Positions 1 through 10,789 of a stretch of 64,000 nucleotides of DNA are shown here, one piece after another (positions within the stretch are counted from its first letter, which is position 1; each line of letters begins with the position of its first letter). Under the pieces are notes generated by a model. That model made no database searches and had not been told where the DNA came from. It saw nothing but the letters and a program-made list of their open reading frames with translations. The stretch spans positions 92,061,688 through 92,125,687 of the forward strand of contig JASCQW010000043.1 in assembly GCA_030264375.1 (NCBI GenBank). Reading direction: 5' to 3'. The position numbers were made by a program, and so were the translations under genes. This DNA comes from Carcharhinus longimanus. Its lineage: Eukaryota.

Positions 1-83
1 AACCTTACCATAACACTCCAACTTTTATACTCGATACTCCGATTTATAAAGGCCAATGTACCAAAAGCACTCTTTACAACCCT
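1..83 (-). mobile_element. CR1 LINE ORF2 fragment, truncated by the window edge
   Basis: The minus strand translates to RVVKSAFGTLAFINRSIEYKSWSVMVR, typical of the C-terminal part of CR1 ORF2. Confidence 0.75.
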
Positions 84-489
84 AAAACAGTAACAAGAAT
101 TTTAAAAGGCCTGAAAGATAGAAATCTGCTTAGCAACAGTAAGAGACAGCTTTCCCAGGGACCGGCATGCCTCTAAAAGTGATCGGGGCATTTGAAAGGC
201 ATGAGAGCATCTAAAGATGATCAGGTGTGAATTGTTCTAGGAATAGAAACAGTTTACCTAAATGAATGGTTGACTTAGGGATATAAAAACGCTTAGCTCC
301 AACACAAGTAAATAATAATGTAGACAGGTGACTTTCGAAGTTGAAGTAACAAAAGGAGAAACAATATAAATTACCCCCCTCAGAAGCAGAGAGGCTGTCC
401 ATGTCTCACAGCCAAAAACCAGGCCACAACTTACAGCCAGGGGGTTCTGACCCATTTCACAGCCAAAGGGTTCTGTGACATCTTTTACA

Positions 490-625
490 GTAAGAAGTCT
501 CACAATACCAGGTTAAAATCCAACAAGTTTATCTGGTAGCAAAAGCCACTAGCTTTCAGAGCACTGTTCCTTTGTCAGGTAAGTTACTGTGTTTACCCCA
601 GTCTAACGCCGGCATCTCCATGTCA
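490..625. mobile_element. Penelope-like element terminal fragment with a degenerate hammerhead core
   Basis: Minus strand 579-549 reads CCTGACAAAGGAACAGTGCTCTGAAAGCTAG, matching a CUGAnGA - stem II - GAAA layout. The flanks resemble a common shark short repeat. Confidence 0.55.
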
Positions 626-2265
626 TTTTTTACTTCTCAGAGATGCTACAATGTTGCATCTGAGTGTTAGAGCAAAGACGTTACAGGAACACCTTTGTAA
701 AGGCAGTTTAAATACGTTCACTAGACCAGGAAAAGAAGGTTCCCAGGCTTGATCATCAGCCCTGTATTGCATAGTAATTATAAGCTGGATTTGAGTTATA
801 GTTTTATTTAAATTGGATATTGTTTGGGAAAGGGAAGTCTTAGTGAGTTCATGGATCACAGACATATTTTGGAACAAAGGGTAATTTCTACATAAACGAT
901 TCATATACACAAGCGTCTTAGACTATAATGGTCATTTTCATGTATATTTTCTTTTCTTTTAAGTTAAGTTAACAAATCTTCTTTAATAGTTGTTACACAA
1001 TGACTGGACTGGTTCCTCACTGGAGATTTTCATGACTCCTCAGAATATTCCAAAAAACCCCAAACACCACCACAAATCGGTGTTTCAAGTTGGGACCCCC
1101 TCACTGGTTCAGCGTGGTTCATGACAATAATAGTAATGTTAGTTAGTGATCACGACACAGAAAACAGAACTAATACATCCACAGGCCAATTACTCAGAAT
1201 ATGTAGTCAGTTGACATATTCCATAGGATTCCAGTGAGTTGCAACAATTGTGGAACGTATAGGAAAAGCTAATAATAAGTTTGGATGAATGTTGAGGATG
1301 GTGGTTAAGAAACGGGCTCCACGGACTAGCAAAATGGACTGAAAAAATGAAAACTATGAAAGTGCAAGGTAAGTACTGATAATGAATCCAGAAATAACTC
1401 TTACATCAGAAAATGATCATGTACTGGAGAATGAGCTTCCAATAGTACAAGAGGGAAAGCTCATAGAAGTAACCCTGACAGATGTAAAAATGGAAACATG
1501 AGCTGTTGTTTGAATTGATTAGACAATGAAATAGAGGACACAGAACAGTCATGGAACAGAACTAGAAATACAAGTCCTAGAAATTTTTGTGGCAGTCAAT
1601 AAACTAGAAGATAAGCTAATGAGAAGCAAAACAGACAAAGTGTTAGTTGGTTTGAGAGAAGGTTCAGAGTTTATTTTGATGTATCAGGTAAGGAAGAAGC
1701 AACTTCATCTCATTTGTACTGAAAAAGTCCTCGCAAATGAGACTTGAAGGCTAAAATAGTGATGGTTGCTAGGTGTTTTGTGACTTCTCTCATAGCTGGA
1801 AAAATAATCTTGAAAATTTTTAAAACTCTTTTGGCCACACATTCATGGGGAAGAAAAGCTATGAAAACTAAACAAATGCCTGAATGGCCCTTCCATGGTA
1901 CAGCATTTTTCAGTGAGGTCTGGTTTTCTGAAAAGAGGTTGTGTTCAACTAAGGGCAGATCCCACAACGTTTTATTGGTATCACAATGAATAACTTTCAG
2001 TTATCACCCTGATGCATGTTGATGACTTCTTATGTGGTCGTACTGCAGATTTTCAGAAAGGTGCTATCAATAAGATTGGAGTAGCAATTAAAATTGTGGA
2101 TCAGGTTTACGGAGCTTTTAAATATATTGGTTTAGATATTAAGCAGAGTTAGTCTTGAATAATGTTAAATCAACAATCTTGTTTAGTGAGTGTTATTCCC
2201 ATTTTGGTTTGTTGTACTGTCATCACAGGACAATGAATGAAAGGAGACAACAATTGTAAAACTTG

Positions 2266-2423
2266 GAGAAACTCAGCAGGTCTGACAGTATCTGTGGAGA
2301 GAGAAAAGAGCCAACGTTTTGAATCTGAATGCCCGTTCATCAGAGCTAGTCTCTCACCACAGATACCATCAGACCTGCTGAGTTTCTTCAGCATTTACTG
2401 TTTTTGTCTCAGAGTCCACCTTT
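2266..2423. mobile_element. Short inverted-repeat (Penelope-like) insertion with a 14-bp target-site duplication
   Basis: AATTGTAAAACTTG occurs at 2252-2265 and 2424-2437. The internal arms at about 2267-2303 and 2350-2388 are near-perfect reverse complements, and the Copia reading frame resumes after the insertion. Confidence 0.8.
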
Positions 2424-2714
2424 AATTGTAAAACTTGACTGGTCAGTTGAACTGATTGGACACTCAGGCTAGACCAGGCGCTAGTTTGATGTGTTGAAGT
2501 TAAGTAGTACTCGGGACACCCAAATGTGAGAGCATTTAAAGCACAAATGAAACATAAAAAACTAAATTGAAGTTTCATTTTTACTAATTCCCATCCTTCA
2601 GTAAGCCAAAAACCATGAAACTAGCCATTTCTCGCAATGCTTCACATACTTCTTGATGGGTTCTGGTGCAGCTGGTTTCATAACATTTCTTAGGGGTTAC
2701 AGTGGAAAGTGTTG

Positions 2715-3670
2715 GGTAGGATTCTAAGTGGGGAATTCGCTTTTTTCAGCAAGAGTTTCAAAATTAATCTCCACACTCTGTGCATCACAGAGTGCACGAG
2801 CATGAATCGCAACGAAAACTGGGGGCAGGGCCTATTCCTGCAGGAGAGGCCGGGAGCATAACACTGAGCAAGCCACTATGTATACACTGATCTGCCAGTG
2901 CTGGGGTCGGTACTTGCTCAGTAACCTACGCTGCTGGGCTTCTGATTGCTGGCCAGCAATCCCCCATTGTTGTCCCTCAAATTCCTCCACCACTCTCCCA
3001 AATGCTGGCTTCCTGGACGTGTCTGGGGCAATCCTGATGTATCCCCCCCCAGCCCTCCTCAATCTCCAAACCCCACCCCCTCAGACAAGACACTCCCTTG
3101 CAGCCCCAAACCCACCATCCCACCTCATGGTTAGCTCCAATCATTGTCCACCCTCCCTCTGTCACTGATCTTGAGTGTAGAGTGGCACCCTAACTGATTG
3201 CCCCCAGAGGTACTGCCCCCTCTGGGTACTGCCTGATGTCCAGTGGGCAGCACCAAAGTGCCTCATGAGCACTGCCACTTTGTTTCTTAGGCAGTGCTGA
3301 GGGCTAGGCTGGCAATTCCCAGATGGCCCCCCCGACTTCCTGGGGGCCTCCATGGCCCCCCCTTCACTCCAGCGGGGTCGTGCCACCAGTTCCACATTAG
3401 TAGGGAGCTGTCATAAAATCTCTCTGGAATGTAACAGTCCTGTCGGCGGGAGAAGAAAGACTACCTGGCCCAGAGACGTCAGTTCCGGGCCCACTAATAA
3501 GATGTAAATACTTATTTAAATAATTTATTCAGCTCTGCACCAGAAATTAGCGGTGGCTGGAGGCGCATGATGCCATGGCACCCAGCAGGAAGCCCGTTAC
3601 ACGGCCTCTGTTTACGTCTCCTGGCCTGCTCTGCTGCTCTAGTAGTGCAGCAGGCTGGGAGAACCACCAC
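2715..3670. mobile_element. GC-rich non-autonomous TIR element, copy 1, inserted in the Copia RNase H
   Basis: Ends are GGTAGGATTCT and GGGAGAACCACC. Both termini are homologous, in reverse orientation, to the element at 4647-5810. Confidence 0.65.
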
Positions 3671-4134
3671 AGTTATCTTTTAGTTTGGGAAGTGAAGAAA
3701 ATAAAAAGGGCTGTTAAAAATACGTTGGTTGCTAAAACATCAGTTCTTGTGGAACTAGTGCAGATGGATTTCCATTTGTTAAAAAGATCAAGTGAGATTC
3801 TCCATTTTTGTTAAAATGTGACAGTTTCATGTTTGTATGTTTTTAATCTGATTAATTAGCCTTTATATGTGTTAAATGAATACAATACCATTATTAGAAA
3901 TACATGAATGAATAAGTTATTAGGTGCCCTACGAGAAGAAAAATTCACAATCTAATGCATAGTAAAGAATATGGAGCTTTTTGATTAAATTTGTCTTGAA
4001 ATTTTGATTTTACATAGAAACTCTAATTTTTATTTCTGAAGAGTGGAAGGAATCTGATAATTGTATAACTGTTTATTTGTATGAAGGTGACAGGAATTAA
4101 CTTATACCTTTAGAAATAAACACAAATTAAATCT

Positions 4135-4385
4135 GCACAATTACTGCAAATGCTGGAATCTGAAACAAAAACAGAAAATGCTGGAAAATTTCCAACTGAC
4201 CTGACATCTGTCAAGAGAGAACAGGGTCTGAATGATTCATTTTGAGTCTGAATGACTCTTCATTGAAAACTGTGTGGTTGTTGGGTTCAAGTGTTTGTAA
4301 GTGTACCTTTCACCAATTGCAAGAATGAGAACAGAAAATTTAGCAAATAACCTTTGTTCTAGTGAAAGGTCATCAAACTGAAATT
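4135..4385. mobile_element. Penelope-like terminal fragment
   Basis: ACTGCAAATGCTGGAATCTGAAACAAAAACAGAAAATGCTGGAAA belongs to the same family as 2266-2423 and 32755-32995. Confidence 0.5.
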
Positions 4386-4387
4386 AT

Positions 4388-4566
4388 TATAGAAATCCTA
4401 CAGTATAGAAAGAGGCCATACGGCCCATTAAGTCTGCACCAACCACAATCCCACCCAGGCCCTATCCCATATGTTTACATATTTACCCACTAATCTCTCT
4501 AACCTAGGCATCCCAGGACACTAAGGGGCAATTCTCAGCATAGCCAATCAACCTAACCAGCACATC
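4388..4566 (-). mobile_element. HE1/V-SINE 3' portion
   Basis: It is the reverse complement of the 3' half of the SINE at 9920-10077 (GGGATAGGGCCTGGGTGGGATTGTGGTTGGTGCAGAC). Confidence 0.8.
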
Positions 4567-4646
4567 TCATTAATCTTAAACCCGCACATTTTCATAAAAG
4601 GCCGATTTTGGGAGAACATAACCGAGGGCTATTTTGAAAGAGGAGT

Positions 4647-5810
4647 GGGGCGATTCTCCCAGCCCGCTGCGTTACTCTAGGAATGCAGTGGGCCAAGAGA
4701 CAACTATGGAGGCCGTTTAGCAGGCTCCCTGCTGGGCGCCACAGCCTCCATGGATTTCCGGGGCCAGGATTTCTGGCAGCATCAGCTTGCGTCAGAAACA
4801 GGCGAGGAGTTGATTTCCATATTGAAATACTGATTCCCCGATCATTAGCAGGTCCAGGACTGAAGTTTCCAGGCCTTCTCGCCTCATCACCCCCTGCCGG
4901 GAGAAGTTCACGCTAGTGGGGTTTTACAACAGCTCCCCACTAGCAGGGAGATGGCAGCCCGATCCCACTGGAGTGAAGGAAGGCCATGGAGATTCCCCAG
5001 GGGATGGTGGGGGTGGGGGCCGCTGCAACTCTGCAGTTGGGATGATCAGTGGCATAGGGAGGGAGGGGCTAGCATTAGTGTGGGGGGGGTGGTGGGAAGT
5101 GGGGTCGGAACTGCTGGAGGTGGTGGGGGGTAGTGTCACAGAGATCAGGGCTGGCAGGGTGGGTTGGGAGTTGTGTGGGTGGGGAGGGACAACAGGAGAC
5201 ATCCGGGTGGCTAGCAATCGAGGAGTGGGAGAGTCGGAGGTGCAGCAATGCTGGGTTGCAGGGCTGGCCAGCGATCGTGTTGGCCAGCAATAGGGAGGCC
5301 AGTAGCGCAGGGCTACTGAGAATGTACTGATCTCTGCTATGATAGATTGGCACATGTGCAGTGTCATAAGAACATAAGAAATAGGAGCAGGAGTAGGCCA
5401 TCTAGCCCTTCGAGCCTGCCCCGCCATTCAATAANNNNNNNNNNNNNNNNNNNNNNNNNNNNNNNNNNNNNNNNNNNNNNNNNNNNNNNNNNNNNNNNNN
5501 NNNNNNNNNNNNNNNNNNNNNNNNNNNNNNNNNNCCTCCTCAACTCTGATCTAAACTGCCCCCTCCCCCCTTATCTTGAGGCTGTGCCCTCTCGTCCTGT
5601 CTCAGTGTCCCGCTCAGCAGTGTGCTGCTGACCTTGTGGACAGGAATAAGCCTCACCTCTGAATTTTCAGCGTGAATCTCCCTGAGGCACTCTGTGATGT
5701 ACAGCATGTGGGAGATCCATTTTGAAAATCCCGTTTAAAAAAATCCAGCCGGAATTATTCCAGTTTTTACGCAAATTTGACACTTGAAATTTTTTGGGAG
5801 AATCCCAGCC
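4647..5810. mobile_element. GC-rich non-autonomous TIR element, copy 2, containing a CR1 3' tail and an N-gap
   Basis: Imperfect TIRs GGGGCGATTCTCCC and GGGAGAATCCCAGCC. A minus-strand CR1 tail, ATAAGAACATAAGAAATAGGAGCAGGAGTAGGCC, lies at about 5366-5434. Confidence 0.65.
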
Positions 5811-5924
5811 GAGACGTTTCAGGTACAGTCAGGCTGCACTCCCACAAAGGTAGAAAGTAGGACAACCAAAATCAGAGATTGCTGAATGATGAAAGAGATA
5901 CTGAGTAAGATGAATCAAAAAAGA

Positions 5925-7855
5925 GCATGTATGATGGATGTCCAGTTTATATTATAAATGAGAACCGTGGACCATTCAGGGCTGGGTGTTGGGGGTGGCA
6001 AAAAAGGAAATGAAAAGGAATATGAGAGGAAACTGGCAGCTAACATAATAAGGAACTTCAAAATGTCTTCTATAGGCATATAAGTACAGGGGATGGTGCT
6101 GGAGGACTGGAGAATTGTAAATGTTACACTCTCGTTCAAATAAAATACGTGTAAGGATAAAGCCAGCAACTACAGAATAGTCAGTTTAGCCTCGGTGGCG
6201 GGAAAGGTTTTTGAAACAATAATCCAGCACAAAATTAACAATCATTTGTACAAGTGTGGATTAATAAAGGAAAGCCAGCATTGACTTGTTCAAAACAAAT
6301 CATGTCTCACTAACTTGATTGTGTTTTGTTGATGAGACGGGGAGTGTTAATAATGGCAACGCAACTGATGTGTGGGTCAGTTTAACTCAGTTGGCTGGAC
6401 AGCTGGTTTGTGATGTAGAGCGATGCCAACAGCATGGGTTCAATTCCCATACTGGCTGAGGCTATTCAGAAAAACCCTGCATCTCTACCTTGCCCTTGCC
6501 CGAGCTGTGGTGATCGTCAAGTTAAATCATCATCAGTCTCCTCTGCCCTTTGACGCCTCAAGTCACCTTGACTAAGTGACTTTACCTTTTAAATTGTATA
6601 TAGATCTCTAAAAAGAGCTTGATAAAGTGCCATCTAATATGCTTTGCAGCAGAGTTGAATTCTATGGAATAAAAGTTTTGGTAATAACATTGGAAGCAAA
6701 ATAGGCTGAGTGGACAAGAAACAATAGACAGAAATGGTTGTTTTGCAGACTGGAGGAAGGTAGGACAGTATATGGTGGGATTCTCCAGGGGTCAGGACGA
6801 GATCTGCCTCTTTTCCAAATGACCTGAACTTTGGTTTATAGGGCATAATTTCAAACCTTGCAGATGACACAAATCTTAGAAGTATTGTGAACTGTAACTA
6901 AAATAGCGACAGACTTCAAGAGGACATGGACATGCTGGTAGAATGAGTGGACAGTAGGCTGAAGACATTTAATACAGAGACCTGTGAAGTGATGCATTTT
7001 GGGTAGGAAGAGGCAAAAGAAAATGAAAGGTACAATTCTAAAGGGAAGCCTGGGGAATACATGTACGTAATTGTGGCAGTGGCAGGTATTTTGAAAAAGT
7101 GGTTAAAATGCATATGGAATCCTGAACCTTATAAATAAAGGCAAAGAGTACAAAAGCAAAGAAATTCTGATGGACTTTTATCAAAAAAACTGGTTTGGTT
7201 TTAACTGGAATATTTGTCAAAAACCTCTGTCCTTGTTCGCGGGTGGGATTCTTCAGTGCCAGTGGAAGTGAATGCAGTTTTGGCTGGAATGCCAAATTCT
7301 CCATTCTCACTTGCAGCGGGACGGGCAAGGATGAGATCAGAGAATCCCATGCATTGTATCCTAATCTAGGCACCACATTTTAGAAAGGATGTAAAGGCTC
7401 TGGAGAGGCTACAGAAAGGATGGTTCCAGGAAGAAGAACTTCAGTTCCATAAATAGACTGGAGAAGCTTCTAAGAAGAGATGGTTGACTGGAGATTTGAT
7501 AGAGATGTTGAAAACTAGAGAGAGTGAATATGGGAGAAACTCTTCTCATTCATGGAAATGAGGAAAACCAGAGGACACCAGTGATTTGCAAAGGAACCAA
7601 AAGCAAAATGAGGGAAAACCTCTTTTATGCAGCAAATGGTTATGATCTAGAGTGAACTCACAAGAATATGGTGGGGATATATTCAATCGTAGCTTTCAAA
7701 GTGAAACTGTATAAGCACCTGAAGAAAAATAAAATTGCAGGACCAAGGGGAACAGGCAGGAGAGTGGCTGAGTTGCCTGAATTGCATTTGCAGAAAGCCA
7801 GAATAGACAAAATGGGCTGTAATGTTTCCTTTTGTGCTGTGATCATCCTTTGAGT
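5925..7855 (+). mobile_element. Decayed CR1 LINE ORF2 and 3' end, with a nested tRNA SINE (about 6375-6590) and a small TIR element (about 7241-7350)
   Basis: WRIVNVTLSFK*NTCKDKASNYRIVSLASVAGKVFETII, then SQH*LV and KSCLTNL, then ISNLADDTNL (the FADD motif); multiple stops. Confidence 0.85.
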
Positions 7856-7869
7856 GAATAATTCTTTGA

Positions 7870-8348
7870 CCAACATCACTTTATCTAAAATCTCCAGGAT
7901 TATGACACATAAACAGTGTCACCTTACTGTAAAATTAGTACAATCTTACTGTATGGCCAACATAACAAAATCCTCAGTATCATCTTACTGTAAAATCAGC
8001 ATCATGTAAAATCACTACAATCATACTGAACAATCAGCATGATCATACTGTATATCCATGAGCATGTTACTGTAAATTACCAGTATCACACTGAACAATT
8101 AACATCATCTTTATCATTGTGTTACTGCAAAAATTACCAACAGCCTATTCTAAAATAAGAATTGTCTTCCTATACATTCATCTATGTTACCATCAGCAAC
8201 ATATTATCACCAGTATCTTACTGTACAATCCTAAACATATAGTAAAATCACACAAACATTGCACTGCAAAATCAGCGTCATCTCACCGTAAAACCCTATT
8301 GTGCACTAATTGGCAGCACACTGTAAAATCAGCATCATCTTACTGTGA
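7870..8348. repeat. Degenerate tandem array with a unit of about 20-22 bp (CATCTTACTGTAAAATCAG-like), segment 1
   Basis: Recurrent atcttactgtaaaatca and cagcatc motifs at roughly 20-bp spacing. Confidence 0.7.
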
Positions 8349-8660
8349 TAGAGATCTTGTGGTGCAGTGGGTAGCACCCCTGCCTCTGAGCCAGAAGCTC
8401 CAGGTTCAGGTCCCATCCCAGGACTTGATGGCCAAGAAAAATGCATTTATAATGTGGTCAAATCCTTGCAAACACACCAATGGCTGGTCATAAGAGCAAG
8501 AGAAACTCGTCGTCAGCCATGTTTGATGTGGAGTGGTGCCCCTCAAGCTTCAAATCCCTGGTGACAAACTGGTGACCTATTCCAGGAATTACTAGCTTTG
8601 TAAACAGGTGAAAATCTGCCTTAGTGCACCACTAGGTGCAGAAAGAGAATTGGAATGGAA
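8349..8660 (+). mobile_element. tRNA-derived SINE
   Basis: An A-box-like TGGTGCAGTGG and a B-box-like GGTTCAGGTCC lie at its 5' end; it interrupts the tandem array. Confidence 0.55.
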
Positions 8661-8689
8661 TTCAACTATGATGGTAACGAAGTTCTTCA

Positions 8690-10775
8690 AAATGTCCAAA
8701 ATAGTTCTCTGCAAAATTATACATCTTAGAACCAACATAAGGGCATGCCATATTAGATTTAGAAATGAGTAATGGATCAGATTTAGTTAACAGCCTTGGG
8801 TGTATAAACATTAATCGAATAGTGAACGTAATATGGTTGAGTTCAAGGTAGTATTTGAAAGGGAGAAACTTGAAACAGTTTTTTTTATGCAAGGCTAACT
8901 TCAATAAGGTGAGATAAAGATTGTCCACAGTGAACTGGGCAAATCTGTTATTGGGTAAAACAGGAGAAGTTCAGGGTTCAAAAAAAACTTGACGCAATAA
9001 AAGACCAGTTTCTACCCTGATGGGCAAGAGTTCTATTCTGTAAAAAAGACAGGCATAGACCATGAAAGTGATAAGAGACATCACAAAACTAAAAGAAAAA
9101 GCTTCCAAACATGCATAAAAGCCACTCAGATACTGATGAATGGAAAGGAGCAGCTAAGGATGACAAAGTAGTTATTAAGAACAACAAAAGGGATCATGAA
9201 ATAACACAAGCAAGACACACCAACACAAAAAATCTTACAATTAGGTTAGGAAGAAAATGTGTGTCCCTTAAAAGCTGATAATTGTCATGGTGTCAATGAA
9301 ATTAAAGAAATGATAAACATGCTGAACAATTATTTTGCTCCAATATTCATAGTGGAGGAAGAAGACAACATGCAAGACACCCCAGAGGAACTATTATTGA
9401 ATCTGGGACAGGGGCTCAACAAAATTAATATAAATAATGGAGAAATTGATGGCACCAAAATGTGTCAAACCCTCAGGACTACATGGTTTCCATCCAAAGG
9501 ATTTTTTAAAAATATGAGAAACATGGGGCAGCATAGTGGCACAGCAGTTAGCACTGCTATCTCACAGCGCCAGGGACCTGGGTTCAGTTCCCAGCTTGGG
9601 TCACTGTCTGTGTGGAGTTTGCACATTCTAACTGTGTCTGTGTGGGTTTCCTCCGGGTGCTCGGATTTCCTCCCACAGTCCNNNNNNNNNNNNNNNNNNN
9701 NNNNNNNNNNNNNNNNNNNNNNNNNNNNNNNNNNNNNNNNNNNNNNNNNNNNNNNNNNNNNNNNNNNNNNNNNNNNNNNNNCTGCTATCTCACAGCGCCA
9801 GGGACCTGGGTTCAGTTCCCAGCTTGGGTCACTGTCTGTGTGGAGTTTGCACATTCTCACTGTGTCTGTGTGGGTTTCCTCCGGGTGCTCGGATTTCCTC
9901 CCACAGTCCAAAGATGTGTGGGTTAGGTGGCCATGCTAAATTGCTCCTTAGAGTCAGGGGGACTAGCTAGGGTAAATGCATGGTGTTATGGGGATAGGGC
10001 CTGGGTGGAATTGTGGTTGGTGCAGACTTAATGGGTTGAATGGCCTCCTTTTGCACTGCAGGATTCTTTGATTCTATAACAGTGTCAAAGCCAGAATGAT
10101 AATCCTCCTGAGTTCTCTTGCTTCAAGGACTGTTCCTTTAGGTTAGAAAATTGTGCTTCTCATTTTGCTTTTTAAGAAAGATGACAGAAGGAAGCCAGGG
10201 AATTGTAGACCAGCTAACCTAACATTTTTACAGGGCGGAATTTTACGGCCTTGCTTGTCCCGAAACCATAAAATCCCACCCAAGGACATTTCTGTTTTCT
10301 GCCCCTCACCCACTCCAATTCCAAGGTGGGCGGGGTGGTAAAATACCGGCCATAGTGTCTATAAATAAGGATAGAATGGCCAAACACCTTGAAAGTTTTC
10401 CAGCTGATCAGAGAGGGCCAGCAAAAATTTGTGCCTGGAGAATCTGATTAATTTTTCTGAAGAAATGACCACCATAGTAGATAGGAGAAATTGGGAGGAA
10501 CAATTGGGAGAACAATTTCCACAAGTTGGGGGAGTCAAAAATTAGAGCCAGACCTTTTGGAAGTGAAATTTTGAAAATTCTTTCACACGGAGAGTGGCAG
10601 GAGTTTGGAATTCTCTTTCCCAAATGGCAAATTATGTTAAATCAAGTGTTTTGATGAGTCAAAGAAATGAAAGGATATTGAGTAAAGGTGGATGAAAGGA
10701 GTTAGGTCACTGATAAACCTATTCAGTAAAATTAGGGCTTAAGAGATTAAATGGCCCACTCCTGTTCTAAAGTTC
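8690..10775 (+). mobile_element. Decayed CR1 LINE with a nested HE1 SINE and a small TIR element
   Basis: EMINMLNNYFAPIFIVEE and LLFKKDDRRKPGNCRPANLT, with the CR1 3' end AATGGCCCACTCCTGTTCT at about 10750. Confidence 0.8.
9526..10077 (+). mobile_element. HE1/V-SINE (tRNA-derived), spanning an N-gap with a duplicated flank
   Basis: Head GGGGCAGCATAGTGGCACAGCAGTTAGCACTGCT, V-domain GTGTCTGTGTGGGTTTCCTCCGGGTGCTCGGATTTCCTCCCACAGTCC, and a CR1-like tail. Confidence 0.88.
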
Positions 10776-10789
10776 CCCTCTTCCTGTCC

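Larger units (their letters stand above)
1150..3810 (+). mobile_element. Decayed Ty1/Copia LTR-retrotransposon pol (RT and RNase H), interrupted by two nested insertions
   Basis: Motifs occur in order: KAKIVMVARCF (about 1747, the KARLVARGF motif), GCVQLRADPTTFYWY, LMHVDDFL (2009-2032), FKYIGLDIKQ, LNQQS, LTGQLN*LDTQARP (about 2435), GFITFLRG, and LVWEVKKIKRAVKNTLVAKT (about 3680, Copia RNase H). Stops and frameshifts are present. Confidence 0.85.

Noticed and set aside
86-1127. Possible solo LTR ending in GGTTCATGACA
   Set aside because: The composition is suggestive, but no TG start, TSD or second copy could be confirmed.
4683-5427. Overlapping Pro/Gly-rich ORFs
   Set aside because: They fall in the GC-rich interior of a TIR element, are open in many frames, and have no domain signature.
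6375-6460. tRNA-like sequences here and at other SINE heads
   Set aside because: A and B boxes are present, but they continue into SINE bodies and lack a complete cloverleaf, so they are not tRNA genes.
9553-9910. Apparent tandem duplication of 129 bp of a SINE (9553-9681 and 9782-9910)
   Set aside because: The near-identical copies flank a 100-N gap, so this is most likely an unmerged contig overlap rather than biology.
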